From: a virus
Lineage: Duplodnaviria > Heunggongvirae > Uroviricota > Caudoviricetes
Strand: one strand, 5' to 3'
Length of the DNA: 64,000 bases
IMG/VR virus record: IMGVR_UViG_3300047202_000060
The notes under the pieces are model-generated. The model saw only the letters and a program-made list of their open reading frames with translations. It was not told where the DNA came from and ran no database searches. Of this stretch, positions 20,015-30,300 are shown piece by piece (positions within the stretch are counted from its first letter, which is position 1; each line of letters opens with the position of its first letter). The translations under genes and the position numbers were made by a program.

Positions 20015-20275
20015 TCAATCAAAAACCATACAGGGAATTTCTTTCCAACCCAATTGTTTCAATGCTTTTAATCTATGATTTCCATCGTCAATTTCATAAG
20101 TGCCATCACTATTAAGATACAGTTGTAACGGTTGTTTCAAACCACTTTTTGAAATATCTTTAACTAACTCTGCTACTCTTTCTGGGTCCCACTTTTCTTT
20201 AATGTGTTCTACTATTTTTTCAATTGGAACCATTTCAAAATGCCATTTATAAAAAGGTGGATGAGGAAAAGACAT
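20015..20275 (-). CDS. ParB/Sulfiredoxin-like domain protein
   Basis: ISKSGLKQPLQL...YEIDDGNHRLKALKQLGWKEIPC. Confidence 0.8.
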   Translation of the reverse strand: MSFPHPPFYKWHFEMVPIEKIVEHIKEKWDPERVAELVKDISKSGLKQPLQLYLNSDGTYEIDDGNHRLKALKQLGWKEIPCMVFD

Positions 20276-20276
20276 T

Positions 20277-20876
20277 TTAGCTCAACGGTCTCTTTGCGAT
20301 TACAAACCCCTCAATAATTACTCTGGTCAATCTTTGCGGTCCACGCTCAGGTTCAGATTCTCTAGCAGTTACTTTATGAAACCAACAAACACCAGAAGTT
20401 TCATCTCCATTAAATTTTTCAAGAGTATCTATGATTGCATCAGCTAACTCACTTGCTAGTCGCGCTTGTGTCTGATGTTCATCCGCTCCTTCATCAAACA
20501 ATTGGTATGATTTTTCCGCCCAAACATGTGCCGAAAATGAATAAGCCACATAATGACCCCTCTGAGTTTTATTCATTTGACGACCATAAATTCTTTCCAT
20601 CACATCTACAGTTCCAAGTCGAAGTGTTACAACTGGATAATTATCTTCAAGATATGTAGTAAGAATTTTCCAATCTCCACGAACATGAGTATCTTGTGGA
20701 GAAAGTGAAGGGTCTGCACCAGAAATAATCTCTAACATTGCATTCTTTACTGGTGTCATTCTTCCTTCATTTGAAGGAGCAATAATTATATCTGTCGAAG
20801 AGCTTTTTGTAAGATTTCTCTTTTTTAACTCTGTATCTACGCTATATTCTTTGTCTTTAGTTAGCATATTTATCAA
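20277..20876 (-). CDS. Putative tail-completion/neck protein
   Basis: Follows the adaptor and capsid genes; beta-rich (PVVTLRL, FSAHVWA, RVIIEG). Confidence 0.45.
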   Translation of the reverse strand: MINMLTKDKEYSVDTELKKRNLTKSSSTDIIIAPSNEGRMTPVKNAMLEIISGADPSLSPQDTHVRGDWKILTTYLEDNYPVVTLRLGTVDVMERIYGRQMNKTQRGHYVAYSFSAHVWAEKSYQLFDEGADEHQTQARLASELADAIIDTLEKFNGDETSGVCWFHKVTARESEPERGPQRLTRVIIEGFVIAKRPLS

Positions 20877-22150
20877 CCTTCCGCGCCAACGCCAGAGTAA
20901 GTTTTAAAGCCTATTCCAGCCAAGAACGATTCAACTTCTCTTTCCAGACGAGCTTTAGTAAACTCTAGCGTTTCTCTATCGGGAGAAACAGCAAGAGCGT
21001 CAGAACTTTGTGTGAAAGCTGTTGAACGCTGTCTAATTCCTATTAGATATTCGAGAAGCATAATTCCAGCCATCTTTGCGCTACCAATACTTATATCTAC
21101 TGGAACTTCTTGCTTAAATGGGTCAAAAGAGTAAGTTACTTCTAACTCGTCATTAATTGGAGAAATTTCACTTCTTGACCAACACAACAGTCCTTTTGGT
21201 GCTGTAAAGAATATTCCATCGTTCCAATTTAAATTGTCAATCCAGAACGTGCACGGTCTATCAACTGAGATTGTGAAATATTGAACTGGAACAAAAACCC
21301 AATTTACACCACCAGCATAACCTGTCATTATCATAAACTTTAAAGCAACTATCTGCCATGTATTTGGTAAAGCTGGATTAAATTGTAATGTCATATTGAA
21401 ATTATTGTTTCCACAATAAAATTCCTGAGAAACGCTTCGTCCAAGAACATCATACATTTTGAAAGTAAACTTGGCTTCTGGGTCACTTGTTTTCATCCAG
21501 AATGAAAGATAGTCATAAGGATATTGTGCTTTCTGTAAATTATGAGTTTTCGGAAAAGTGATTATTGCGCCACTAACACCAGAATCAACATGAATTTTCA
21601 AACTTGAAGTACCAGCCATAAAATCTGTATCATCTTTAGTAATTGTAGAAAGAGGACTTCCGCCAGCAGTAGGAATATCATCTATATCCCATTCCTTGCC
21701 ATCTATTACAGTTTCGGTACTTATAACGGTGGTGTCCTCAGTCAGATCATCACAGTTTTTCGGAAACGGATATTTCAATCGCTTTTTATTTGAGTAAATA
21801 GCAAACACTTTTTCCACACGATCTGTTGGGTCATAATAATCAAAGAATTCATATTCGTCCTCATAAGGTCCCATTTGTCTAAACTGTTCGTTGAAATGGA
21901 AAACGTGATATTCTTTTCTAATTGTATATGGAAGACCCATCAAGTGACGAATTCTCTGGTCAGATATTTTAATATAAGTCTGAATAAGAGCAGTTACATC
22001 AGCCGCAGTTTTACCCACACCCATCATTTTTTGAACAACACTCGAACTCATTCCTGTTACAGAATAAACTTGATCTTCTGTGCTCCAATATCCAAGAGCA
22101 GTTGTAGAAATCATTTGATTTGACTGTTTATCTTCTGGGCTAACTGTCAT
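20873..22150 (-). CDS. Putative head-tail adaptor with a large internal beta-sandwich insertion
   Basis: N-terminal YWSTEDQVY...LIQTYIKISDQRIRH and C-terminal VPVDISIGSAKMAG, directly after the capsid gene. Confidence 0.5.
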   Translation of the reverse strand: MTVSPEDKQSNQMISTTALGYWSTEDQVYSVTGMSSSVVQKMMGVGKTAADVTALIQTYIKISDQRIRHLMGLPYTIRKEYHVFHFNEQFRQMGPYEDEYEFFDYYDPTDRVEKVFAIYSNKKRLKYPFPKNCDDLTEDTTVISTETVIDGKEWDIDDIPTAGGSPLSTITKDDTDFMAGTSSLKIHVDSGVSGAIITFPKTHNLQKAQYPYDYLSFWMKTSDPEAKFTFKMYDVLGRSVSQEFYCGNNNFNMTLQFNPALPNTWQIVALKFMIMTGYAGGVNWVFVPVQYFTISVDRPCTFWIDNLNWNDGIFFTAPKGLLCWSRSEISPINDELEVTYSFDPFKQEVPVDISIGSAKMAGIMLLEYLIGIRQRSTAFTQSSDALAVSPDRETLEFTKARLEREVESFLAGIGFKTYSGVGAEG

Positions 22151-22323
22151 ATATATTCATCTCTTTACGATGCCCCCAAATCTCTAAGATGAGATTCAGC
22201 CGCACCCTAAGAGTAGTGTATCGTTCTCCTATTTAAACCTTTGGCTTCCGCTATACAAAAAAAGTTAAAAAAAAGATAAGGGGACGATAAACTTGAGCCT
22301 ACTACTCAGCTTGGTTTCCCAAA

Positions 22324-23274
22324 CTAAGGCGTACTGCCCAAGATTATCTTCAATATTCCTGTACTCTGGACCAGAACTGGCTTCGCCCTTACGCTTGATA
22401 CGTAGTACGTGTATGCCCATTGTGTCCAATAGAAGTTGCGAGTTTCGAGTCGCCGCTTCCACGCCATCAATATGACAGGACCACGACCAGTATCATTCGG
22501 GAAGACGATATATGCGTAGCTATCTGTGCCTTGAGTCGTATCGGTGGGTGTTCCACCAATTCCTGTGCCTGACAGCAAAGGTGACTTCAAAACACGGCAA
22601 CCAGCGTACATACCTATCTCTCCTTCCATCATTCTGCCCAAATCATAAAGCGTATAACGCTTCGAATCAAGGAACTGAGTTGACTCCAACAGAAGTGCGG
22701 CGCACTTTGGAGAAACAATTAGGAAAGGTGGATTAGCTACGTCCACAATCCAGTTTTGCTCTTCCAATTTTGCCAACCCTTCAACGACTGTGTTGTAATC
22801 AATACCAGCAGAGGGAGATGAGGTTACTACAGCACCAGACTCGATTGTGTCTGCTACTAGAGCATCCAAATACTCCATAATGGCAAGTCCCATGTTTCGC
22901 AAGTGAGTTCTAACCCACTCTACGTTAGGGTAGTCTTCAAGCAGTATGTCTGACAAGTTAGTGGCAGAGAAAATTGGGTCCGTTACGGACACGTACCAAT
23001 TGCTCACACCCTTAGTTGTGGCAACCATACCGACTGATGGGTTAACTAGGTTCGCTTCCGTGATTGTACTTGCGTACATGTGGGTAAGGAACATACCACG
23101 AATCGTGTTACCTACCGCGCCTATTAGCTGGAAATCTTCCAGAGGCAGAGATAGGAAAACAAGAGGTCGTCTGGGTAGTTCGAAAACCTCACTATAAATC
23201 AGGAAGGGAGTTGCACCCAAACCCGTAGTGACGGTTGAAGCAGTTAAGGTCTCTTCAATTGTTATTTCTGGCAT
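22324..23274 (-). CDS. Major capsid protein (HK97-like fold)
   Basis: 316 aa, downstream of the scaffold and protease genes; MGLAIMEYLDALV, FLIVSPKCAALL, GEIGMYAGCRVLKS. Confidence 0.75.
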   Translation of the reverse strand: MPEITIEETLTASTVTTGLGATPFLIYSEVFELPRRPLVFLSLPLEDFQLIGAVGNTIRGMFLTHMYASTITEANLVNPSVGMVATTKGVSNWYVSVTDPIFSATNLSDILLEDYPNVEWVRTHLRNMGLAIMEYLDALVADTIESGAVVTSSPSAGIDYNTVVEGLAKLEEQNWIVDVANPPFLIVSPKCAALLLESTQFLDSKRYTLYDLGRMMEGEIGMYAGCRVLKSPLLSGTGIGGTPTDTTQGTDSYAYIVFPNDTGRGPVILMAWKRRLETRNFYWTQWAYTYYVSSVRAKPVLVQSTGILKIILGSTP

Positions 23275-23297
23275 GTTTTTATTCTCCTATAGTTTTA

Positions 23298-23313
23298 TTA
23301 ATCAACTGATTAA
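23298..23313. promoter_or_regulatory. Palindromic operator copy 2, between the TATA box and start codon of the capsid gene
   Basis: ttaatcaactgattaa. Confidence 0.7.
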
Positions 23314-23411
23314 TAAGTGCAAACAAGTATTTAAATCTATTGTGCTAAAATATGTTAATGAATGATTAATTAAAAAAATAGAAAAACAAAAAAAGTATGG
23401 GAAAGTAGATT

Positions 23412-23867
23412 TTATCCTACTATCTTCGGTCTTTTGCCAGCACTTTTAGGAAGTTTATATGGGGGAAGAGATATATGAGAGTCTTCGTCAAGAAATATCT
23501 TCTCTTGATGATACCTCTTGATAACGGCTACTGCATCTGCATTGTCAGTCAACACGACATCTTCCAGCAAAATGGCTTCTGAGTGCAGTTCACCTTCATC
23601 TATAGGGTCAATCTTCTCGGTCATACCCTCATTTTCACATGAGCGGTAAACACCTGTCGGAAGAACCATGAACTTCACTTTTTCTATGCTTCTACAAGCA
23701 CCACATGGAAAGTCTTTCTGTTGGAATAGCCATTTCAGACGATGAACTTTACCAGATTCTCTGGACATTTCCCCTGATTGTTCTCGTGCCAATTGATACC
23801 AAACAACTTCCTTAAGATGTCTGTGCATTGGGCTAATCGGATATTCGTCTTTCTTATCGTTTGTCAT
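23412..23867 (-). CDS. Hypothetical head-module protein
   Basis: Lies between scaffold and capsid genes; CGAC motif. Confidence 0.5.
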   Translation of the reverse strand: MTNDKKDEYPISPMHRHLKEVVWYQLAREQSGEMSRESGKVHRLKWLFQQKDFPCGACRSIEKVKFMVLPTGVYRSCENEGMTEKIDPIDEGELHSEAILLEDVVLTDNADAVAVIKRYHQEKIFLDEDSHISLPPYKLPKSAGKRPKIVG

Positions 23868-23878
23868 AGTTATTCACC

Positions 23879-24826
23879 TTAACCGTTAGTTACGTTTTCT
23901 GCTTGCCCACCTTGTTGCCTACGCCGTAATTCTTCTTGTGCACGTTTGCTTAGAGTCAACTCCTTGATGCTTGGAAGTTTATCGCTAGTTTCCATTGGCG
24001 GACTACGTTGCGCTTCATAGTTTTGCTTAACCAATGATGCCCATTTCTTTAGAAGATCGTTCAAAGCTACTTTAGCTTCGGCGGCACGTAATTTATCGGA
24101 ACCTTGCTCTAGTTCTTGTAGATAACGTACCATTGCTCCATAACTATCGAACTTCATATGCATCAAATCGGTTGGCTGTGGATTACCTAGCTGTGCGGCA
24201 TTAAGGGGTGCTGTGCCAGATGGCGGTTTTGTCTCTGGGGCTGGTTTTCCAGCGGCGGCGGCATCAGCGGCAACTTTCGCGGCGGCATCGGCATCTGCCT
24301 TTGCTTTTGCGGCGGCTTCCTCTGCTTTCTTTCGCTCGCCCTCTTGATATGTCTTAAACTGTTCCTCTCCGACCTTCATTTGTTTCTCAAGAACATTCAT
24401 AGTGTACTCCATTGCGGCGATACCTTCAGGAGTGCTCAATTTGGACTCAATCTCCTTAACACGCTCTGGGTCCTTTAGAAGAGCATTCGCCTTTTCCTTG
24501 ACAGAATTCCGTTTCTTCTCAAGTTCCTTCTCAGCAATTATGCCGAGCTTGTTCTTGAGGTCTTCGGTCTCTTCTGCCAGTTTCTTGGCGGCTTCGTCTT
24601 GAACTTTCTTGTCAGCTTCAATCTTTGCCAACTTATCTTCCATCTCTTTCTTTTCGTTTTGAGCCTTTGCCAGTTGTTCAGCGAGAATCTTAGTCTGTTC
24701 ATTATCAACAGTTATCTTAATATTCTGGTCCTTTTCTTTAGATTGTTCTGCTGGCGGTTTTTGGGTTTTTTCTTGTTCAGACATTTTTCTTATCTCCATA
24801 TTGTTTATTGGTAATAAAATACACAA
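23879..24826 (-). CDS. Capsid scaffolding protein
   Basis: E/K/A-rich coiled coil upstream of the capsid gene; own promoter at 24832-24847. Confidence 0.6.
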   Translation of the reverse strand: MCILLPINNMEIRKMSEQEKTQKPPAEQSKEKDQNIKITVDNEQTKILAEQLAKAQNEKKEMEDKLAKIEADKKVQDEAAKKLAEETEDLKNKLGIIAEKELEKKRNSVKEKANALLKDPERVKEIESKLSTPEGIAAMEYTMNVLEKQMKVGEEQFKTYQEGERKKAEEAAAKAKADADAAAKVAADAAAAGKPAPETKPPSGTAPLNAAQLGNPQPTDLMHMKFDSYGAMVRYLQELEQGSDKLRAAEAKVALNDLLKKWASLVKQNYEAQRSPPMETSDKLPSIKELTLSKRAQEELRRRQQGGQAENVTNG

Positions 24827-24927
24827 CCTAGTATATAAAGGTTATGGTCGATGTAATACAAAATTCGATAAGTTATTACAAAAGATTTATATAGGAGACT
24901 ATAGTTCTTATTATCAAGTGACAATAT

Positions 24928-25320
24928 ATGGCTGTAGAGAAAAAGGAGAGAAAAAACACGTCAATACGTCTGGGAGAAACCCTAGATGATTTAATCGACC
25001 AATATGCCGCTTTTATGGGAATAAGTAGGTCCAAGGTCATACGAAATGTTCTAATGGAAGGACTTTTTCAGAAAACGAAAGCCGCTCAATTTGCCCACTT
25101 TGAAAAATGGATTGGCAAAAGAGAAGCATTTACATTACTTACTAAATGCGAAAAGTGTGATTCAGAGAAAAATCTCGGATTCTTTCACATAGATGGAAAT
25201 ATTGATAATAATTCCACGAACAATATAGTTACTCTTTGTATTCCTTGTATAAACTCGTTTCAAAATTGGAAACTAAAAGAAAATAGTATAGAAAAATTTA
25301 TTGAGTGGTTTTTTGCTTAA
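24928..25320 (+). CDS. Ribbon-helix-helix DNA-binding domain fused to an HNH-like domain
   Basis: TSIRLGETLDDLIDQYAAFMGISRSKVIRNVL; CEKC...FHIDGNIDNNSTNNIVTLCIPC. Confidence 0.65.
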   Translation: MAVEKKERKNTSIRLGETLDDLIDQYAAFMGISRSKVIRNVLMEGLFQKTKAAQFAHFEKWIGKREAFTLLTKCEKCDSEKNLGFFHIDGNIDNNSTNNIVTLCIPCINSFQNWKLKENSIEKFIEWFFA

Positions 25321-25958
25321 AGCGATATGTGAATGTGTTTAATTTCAGGCTCTTCTTCAATCCACGTCATAGATTCCTGAATAACTTTTGGCTCGGCAGT
25401 TTCTATCTTAGCGTCATCAACACCAGCGGGCATATCGGGTGACAATAGTTGAACGTGATTCACTATCATACTCAATATTTTTGTGATTTTTCTTCCCGCA
25501 ATATCGAAGAATGTTTTACCAAAGCCTTTTCCACCGATGCTAACTCCCCAACCTTTCTTGATTTCTTCAATTAAATTCGGGAAGTTTTCGTTACCTATAA
25601 TATGTGCTCTGAATTTGATTTTTCTAGCCGCTTTATCAATCCACGTTTCGGTGATTTCGCCAACACGAGCAAAAGCTTCTTTTAAGTGCATATTCTTAGT
25701 TAATCTACCAGTATTTGGGTCTATTCTTGTTGTAGTCCCAAAAAAGATTGGTGCACCTTTAGCTGTTTCAGCTATTTGTTCCATTGTATCCAGAGTATAT
25801 TCGTTACCATTCCTAGAAATTCCCTCAGAAAGAAGAGTTCCAGTAACCATAGCAACACCTATAGCACTTTCCTCAATTTCGAGAGCTAATGGAGAAGTAT
25901 ATTCAAAATCAAACTTCATACTTTCTTCTATCTCGGTCATTCGAACAACCACTCCCAA
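25317..25958 (-). CDS. Prohead maturation protease (HK97-type serine protease family)
   Basis: GTLLSEGISRNGNEY, NMH, RVG, GWGVSIGG, VNHVQLL..PAG. Confidence 0.65.
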   Translation of the reverse strand: MGVVVRMTEIEESMKFDFEYTSPLALEIEESAIGVAMVTGTLLSEGISRNGNEYTLDTMEQIAETAKGAPIFFGTTTRIDPNTGRLTKNMHLKEAFARVGEITETWIDKAARKIKFRAHIIGNENFPNLIEEIKKGWGVSIGGKGFGKTFFDIAGRKITKILSMIVNHVQLLSPDMPAGVDDAKIETAEPKVIQESMTWIEEEPEIKHIHISL

Positions 25959-26311
25959 GTTTCTTTCTTTATCTCGGTAACATCTATATGTTCTGTTCTA
26001 AGCAATTCATTTTCCATTTCTGGTGTAATTTGAGTTTCTTCAAAATCAAGAAAATCTACGCTAACTTGAATATCGGTAACAAGAAAAGATTCATGAACCG
26101 AATAGTTATGAGACTTTATCCATGCTTTAGCTTGTGCCAAAGTATATCTACTTCTTGGAAACAGAAAACTTTGAATTTCGGAACCGCCACCTTTCTTAAA
26201 ACCTATAATAGCCCGTATGCCTTTACCCAACGTTTTCACTCTCATACGAATGAATTTGCTCGGACTAGCTACTCTAATCCGAACGTAGTTGGCGGTCACA
26301 TCAACTGGCAT
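25937..26311 (-). CDS. Hypothetical head-module protein
   Basis: RIRVASPSKF...GIRAIIG...EIQSFLF...AKAWIKSH, a pattern I associate with phage head modules; in operon with the protease. Confidence 0.5.
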   Translation of the reverse strand: MPVDVTANYVRIRVASPSKFIRMRVKTLGKGIRAIIGFKKGGGSEIQSFLFPRSRYTLAQAKAWIKSHNYSVHESFLVTDIQVSVDFLDFEETQITPEMENELLRTEHIDVTEIKKETWEWLFE

Positions 26312-26327
26312 TATAGATCACTTTAAT

Positions 26328-26534
26328 TTATTTAGTACAAGGACAATCGTGAGTTTTATCTTGAAATTCTGGGGGAGTAACGGCTTTCTTTCGTTTCTCA
26401 GCTTCTTCCCACGAAGTCATAAAATCGATTGATTCAAATCTTTTATCCCTTAAGTCTCGATAGTTTTTCTTAGCTTGCTCAATATCGGTTGTTGGTTCTG
26501 TTCCAGCAACATAATTCTCTTCTGTATGTCCCAT
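26328..26534 (-). CDS. Small hypothetical protein
   Basis: In operon; abuts its neighbours. Confidence 0.4.
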   Translation of the reverse strand: MGHTEENYVAGTEPTTDIEQAKKNYRDLRDKRFESIDFMTSWEEAEKRKKAVTPPEFQDKTHDCPCTK

Positions 26535-26876
26535 CTATTCCATCCCCATCTCATGCAGATACCATTTGATTACTTCGTCCCTATTCTCTGGAACAGCAAT
26601 ACCCTCAGTTTCGCTCACTTCAATTCCGTATTTCTTGGCACGTCTTCGCAAACAAGCCATAATTCTGGCTTTGATAGCCGATGAAAACTTTGAATGCTTT
26701 AATCTTGCCAAACCGTTACGAACGTGAGCCGCATCATGAGCGGGAAATGATCTGTCTGGTCCACAAAATGCGGATGCTGGAAGATTTGCTCGTTCAGCAT
26801 AGGAAAGTTTTGCCTCTTCTATGGTGACATTCTCTCCTTCGTAAATAGAATACCATTCTTCATCCATATTGGTCAC
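26535..26876 (-). CDS. Phage head-region protein (DUF6582-like)
   Basis: ERANLPASAFCGPDRSFPAHDAAHVRNGLARL. Confidence 0.55.
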   Translation of the reverse strand: MTNMDEEWYSIYEGENVTIEEAKLSYAERANLPASAFCGPDRSFPAHDAAHVRNGLARLKHSKFSSAIKARIMACLRRRAKKYGIEVSETEGIAVPENRDEVIKWYLHEMGME

Positions 26877-26966
26877 TATCTGGGTAAAAGAAAGGCGTGT
26901 GGACTATTTAAATCTTTCCCTTTCAAACTACAAAAAATGTTAAAAAAAGATAGGAAAGTATTGTAT

Positions 26967-27518
26967 TTACTTTCTCAATGGGGCTTTAGATATTTCAAAG
27001 TGGCTATTTTTACCAGCAGAAACGTATTGTCCACCAAGAGCACGAATTATTTGAGCAACTTTAGCGAAGTTTTCTGGTCCCAAAAATTGTGCTGGCTTTA
27101 CCATCACGAACATCGATGAACCATCCAAATCTATCTTCAATAAATCTATTACAGGCTCAAGAGCGGCTAGAATCTCTGTAACTCTAGGCGATTGTTCTGT
27201 TGGCTTAGGTGCTGATACTGGCGGTGTTGGTCCCAATGTCGATTGCGGTGTATTACCTGTTATCGGTTGCATCGGTGGATTCTGGAAAGTCTTAGGTTCA
27301 GCGGCTTTGGAAAAAACAGAATTCAACATTTTCAGTTCATTGTCAATTGATGACAGTTTTCCATAGATAAGCGTCAATGCAACATCTGGTTTAAGAAGAT
27401 GAACATCTTTTCCTTCTACCTTTATAGTGGTAATAGGAGAAGTGCTTTCTACATCTTTATCACTAACGAAACTACGTTTCTGTTCGTCTAGTTTTTCTTG
27501 TTCTACCATATTTTTCAA
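26967..27518 (-). CDS. Hypothetical protein with Pro-rich linker and small C-terminal domain
   Basis: C-terminal VKPAQFLGPENFAKVAQIIRALGGQYVSAGKNSHF; own promoter at about 27547-27560. Confidence 0.55.
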   Translation of the reverse strand: MKNMVEQEKLDEQKRSFVSDKDVESTSPITTIKVEGKDVHLLKPDVALTLIYGKLSSIDNELKMLNSVFSKAAEPKTFQNPPMQPITGNTPQSTLGPTPPVSAPKPTEQSPRVTEILAALEPVIDLLKIDLDGSSMFVMVKPAQFLGPENFAKVAQIIRALGGQYVSAGKNSHFEISKAPLRK

Positions 27519-27602
27519 CCTTTACTATTGAAGTATTAAAAGGACTATATAAAGTTTGCGGAAAAAATGAAGAGAAACTATCCACAAAAAAAGGATAGAT
27601 GA

Positions 27603-27800
27603 CTAATATTCTGGGTCACTTAACATCTTTACGGCGAATGCTAACACGCCACCAAGAATTGCCGCACCATACAAAAATGGATTGGTACTTTGTTCTTGAA
27701 GAAGAACCAATACTGGTGGTATAACAGCTACCGCGAAAATAAGTAGAGCTTTAACTCTATTGGATAAACCTTGAACTGCCGCTTTCAAACCCAAGTTCAT
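27603..27800 (-). CDS. Small two-TM membrane protein, holin-like
   Basis: 65 aa with two hydrophobic helices. Confidence 0.5.
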   Translation of the reverse strand: MNLGLKAAVQGLSNRVKALLIFAVAVIPPVLVLLQEQSTNPFLYGAAILGGVLAFAVKMLSDPEY

Positions 27801-27837
27801 TCACCACCTTTGTATAATTATAGAGATGTTGAGATAT

Positions 27838-28722
27838 TTAAACCTTGCGGTTAGTTTTCTTTGTAAAAATCTCGCTCTCATTTTCTTGATACCAATTATA
27901 AACCATCAGTCCTATTCCTGTCCACCAGAAGAAATGGCATATAATTCTAGGAAATCCTTTAGGCAATATCTTTGTAAGAAGAAATCCAAACTCCGCTGAT
28001 ACAAATCCCGCATATAATGGAATCTCCTTTTTTATTCTCTCAAATAGATTTGGTGTTGTCATACTTATTTGATAGTCTAACGCGAATAATGCCATTTCAA
28101 GTCCTATATCTACTCCATGTGTAGGTCTAGTAGCATTAACATTTTCTTCTTGACTCTCCCACCAAAAATCATGAACCGCTATTCCAAGACCTAACCAAAA
28201 GACTACATCAGTTATTAGATTCATATCTATCTTTTCTATGAATGCTTTAATGAAATCTATAATTTTATTTATTAAGTCTTGAATGCCAGTTATACTAAAA
28301 TCTAACTTTGGAAGATTTTTTATGATAGTTTTAATTGAATCAGGAACATTCAAAGTTTGTTTAATAGAAAGAGTTCTTCTTTTCTTAATAACTAGAAACC
28401 ATATTCCAGCGGAAGATAATATTGTGGTTAACGCAAAAATCAAACTAGCTAATATTCCTGTTATTAACAAGATTACGCTAGATAAACTAGAAATTGGTAA
28501 AAATAATCCTACCTTATCAAATAACCAAGTAGTAAATAAATACCATAATGGAAACCCAGCATATGGTATGAGAGAAATCGGTAACAAAAACATAGCCACA
28601 TTTCCCAACACTAAACCAGCAAATAATCCCGTCCAATCAGCTTCAAGAAATCCTAGAAGCATAAACAAAAATAGAAGTGCCAATGGAAAAGTCAAAAGAT
28701 ATTTCCGCAAACTATCGAACAT
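27838..28722 (-). CDS. Multi-pass membrane protein
   Basis: Several long hydrophobic stretches at both the N and C termini. Confidence 0.6.
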   Translation of the reverse strand: MFDSLRKYLLTFPLALLFLFMLLGFLEADWTGLFAGLVLGNVAMFLLPISLIPYAGFPLWYLFTTWLFDKVGLFLPISSLSSVILLITGILASLIFALTTILSSAGIWFLVIKKRRTLSIKQTLNVPDSIKTIIKNLPKLDFSITGIQDLINKIIDFIKAFIEKIDMNLITDVVFWLGLGIAVHDFWWESQEENVNATRPTHGVDIGLEMALFALDYQISMTTPNLFERIKKEIPLYAGFVSAEFGFLLTKILPKGFPRIICHFFWWTGIGLMVYNWYQENESEIFTKKTNRKV

Positions 28723-28760
28723 TACTTCACCTTAAAAGAAGAGAATAGTAAATGAAGTAT

Positions 28761-29681
28761 TTAAACCTTACGGTCTTCTTTCTTTTTTGGTGGATTGAGA
28801 TAATAGAATTGTCCTTTGCGATGGAGAAGTTTTGCAATAACGCTTCCGACTTTGGCTACACCATTTCCCAATTTACATGGTGATGGAGTAGGTGGTACTG
28901 GTGGTTCGGGTGGTGGAGTAGGAGTATTAGTTATTTCACTCAACTCTTTTGATAATTCTTCACAATTAAGTGGGTCATTTGCTGAATTCATCCATGGGTC
29001 TGTAGCATCGATTACCCCATAAGCTTCGTCAAAATAAGTATCCCAGAATTCCCAAGTCATCTGTTGTTCTGCACCCCAAGTCACGCATACTGGACCTGTT
29101 GCATTATAGGCTTTGATATAAACACAATGTCCACCGACAATCGGACTACCTGAAATAACAGTCCATGGTTGCCCAGCATTAAATTGATCTATAGCTGATT
29201 GTGGAACTGAAAATCCTGTATAAGCTCCTCTCAAGAGATAAATCGAATATTTTACTTCATTATGATTCTTAATCTTAATTTGGGCAAAAGCATAAATATT
29301 ATATAACTTTCCAGAGGCGGTCCAACCTAATTTTCTCCATTCATTCAAACTGTCAAGCATAACCAATCCACTATCTTTTCCACCAGATTCTTTAAAATAT
29401 TCGTTCTCAACTTCTTTATCCGTAATCTTTATTAGTTGACTCTGCTCAAAATCTTCGAATCTAAGAGTCATATGTGCTCGTCCAGCTATAACACAATCTC
29501 CATATTTATCGTTACCATACATATTTGTATCTGAGAAATTTGGAAAAGTTGAATCAATATCATAGATAACTGGCAATGGCGGTAAGTTCTTTTTTATCAG
29601 AAGTTTCTTTAATTGAAAAGTTCTAGGGTCAATTCTCTGTGGTAATTTCCCTAACTTGAAATTATTAAATCTAGCACTCAT
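28761..29681 (-). CDS. Papain-like (C1-clan) cysteine peptidase
   Basis: GNDKYGDCVIAG (Cys), VGGHCVY (His), VTWG; Pro-rich C-terminal linker. Confidence 0.7.
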   Translation of the reverse strand: MSARFNNFKLGKLPQRIDPRTFQLKKLLIKKNLPPLPVIYDIDSTFPNFSDTNMYGNDKYGDCVIAGRAHMTLRFEDFEQSQLIKITDKEVENEYFKESGGKDSGLVMLDSLNEWRKLGWTASGKLYNIYAFAQIKIKNHNEVKYSIYLLRGAYTGFSVPQSAIDQFNAGQPWTVISGSPIVGGHCVYIKAYNATGPVCVTWGAEQQMTWEFWDTYFDEAYGVIDATDPWMNSANDPLNCEELSKELSEITNTPTPPPEPPVPPTPSPCKLGNGVAKVGSVIAKLLHRKGQFYYLNPPKKKEDRKV

Positions 29682-29735
29682 GATACATCACGAAATATAT
29701 AATAGAAAAACAACTATTTAAACCTTTTGTTCTAA

Positions 29736-30290
29736 TTATACTATTTTGAATATGGACATCCAGAGATTAGTTTGTCCAAGTTGAAGAACAAGATTAACGC
29801 TGTTACCACTAATAGCATATAGTTCTATATAGTCATTAACATTCAGATAGACTACATCGGTAATAGAAACTACTGGATTAGGTTGATTCTTTAAGAAAGT
29901 TGTAGAATGTACTATACCATTTTTCCATATAGAAAGATTTAACCATGCTGTGGTAGAAGTGCTGGTACTACCAACAGTAGCAGTAATTAAATAATATCCA
30001 GCTTGAGAAGCTATAAACCTAGAGTTAGTAACATTGTCAAACTCGTTTAAAACGTCAAATTCTTTCTTTGGAAAGACTATTCTATACCATTGATTGTTAG
30101 TAATAGATTGATTAATGAAATCGTTGTATGCTCTTACTTTAGAAATAGAAGGTGTATATGGTGGTCCTTGTGGACCTGCATCACCTTTTGGTCCCTTAAT
30201 ATTACCTTTTTTAACCCAAGTTCCACTAACTTTCTGATATACATCTCCCGTAGTTGAATTGAGGTAGTAGTCCCCATCTTTACTTGACAT
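29736..30290 (-). CDS. Collagen-like repeat plus C1q/TNF-like domain protein
   Basis: DGDYYLNSTTGDVYQK, GPKGDAGPQGPP, then RAY...FPKKEFDVLNEFD...FIASQAGYYLITATV. Confidence 0.7.
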   Translation of the reverse strand: MSSKDGDYYLNSTTGDVYQKVSGTWVKKGNIKGPKGDAGPQGPPYTPSISKVRAYNDFINQSITNNQWYRIVFPKKEFDVLNEFDNVTNSRFIASQAGYYLITATVGSTSTSTTAWLNLSIWKNGIVHSTTFLKNQPNPVVSITDVVYLNVNDYIELYAISGNSVNLVLQLGQTNLWMSIFKIV

Positions 30291-30300
30291 TTTATGTCAC

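Noticed and set aside
22160-22235. Small hairpins in the leader of the adaptor gene
   Set aside because: The stems are short (AATCTC/GAGATT, ACTC/GGGT) and could arise by chance; no family motif.
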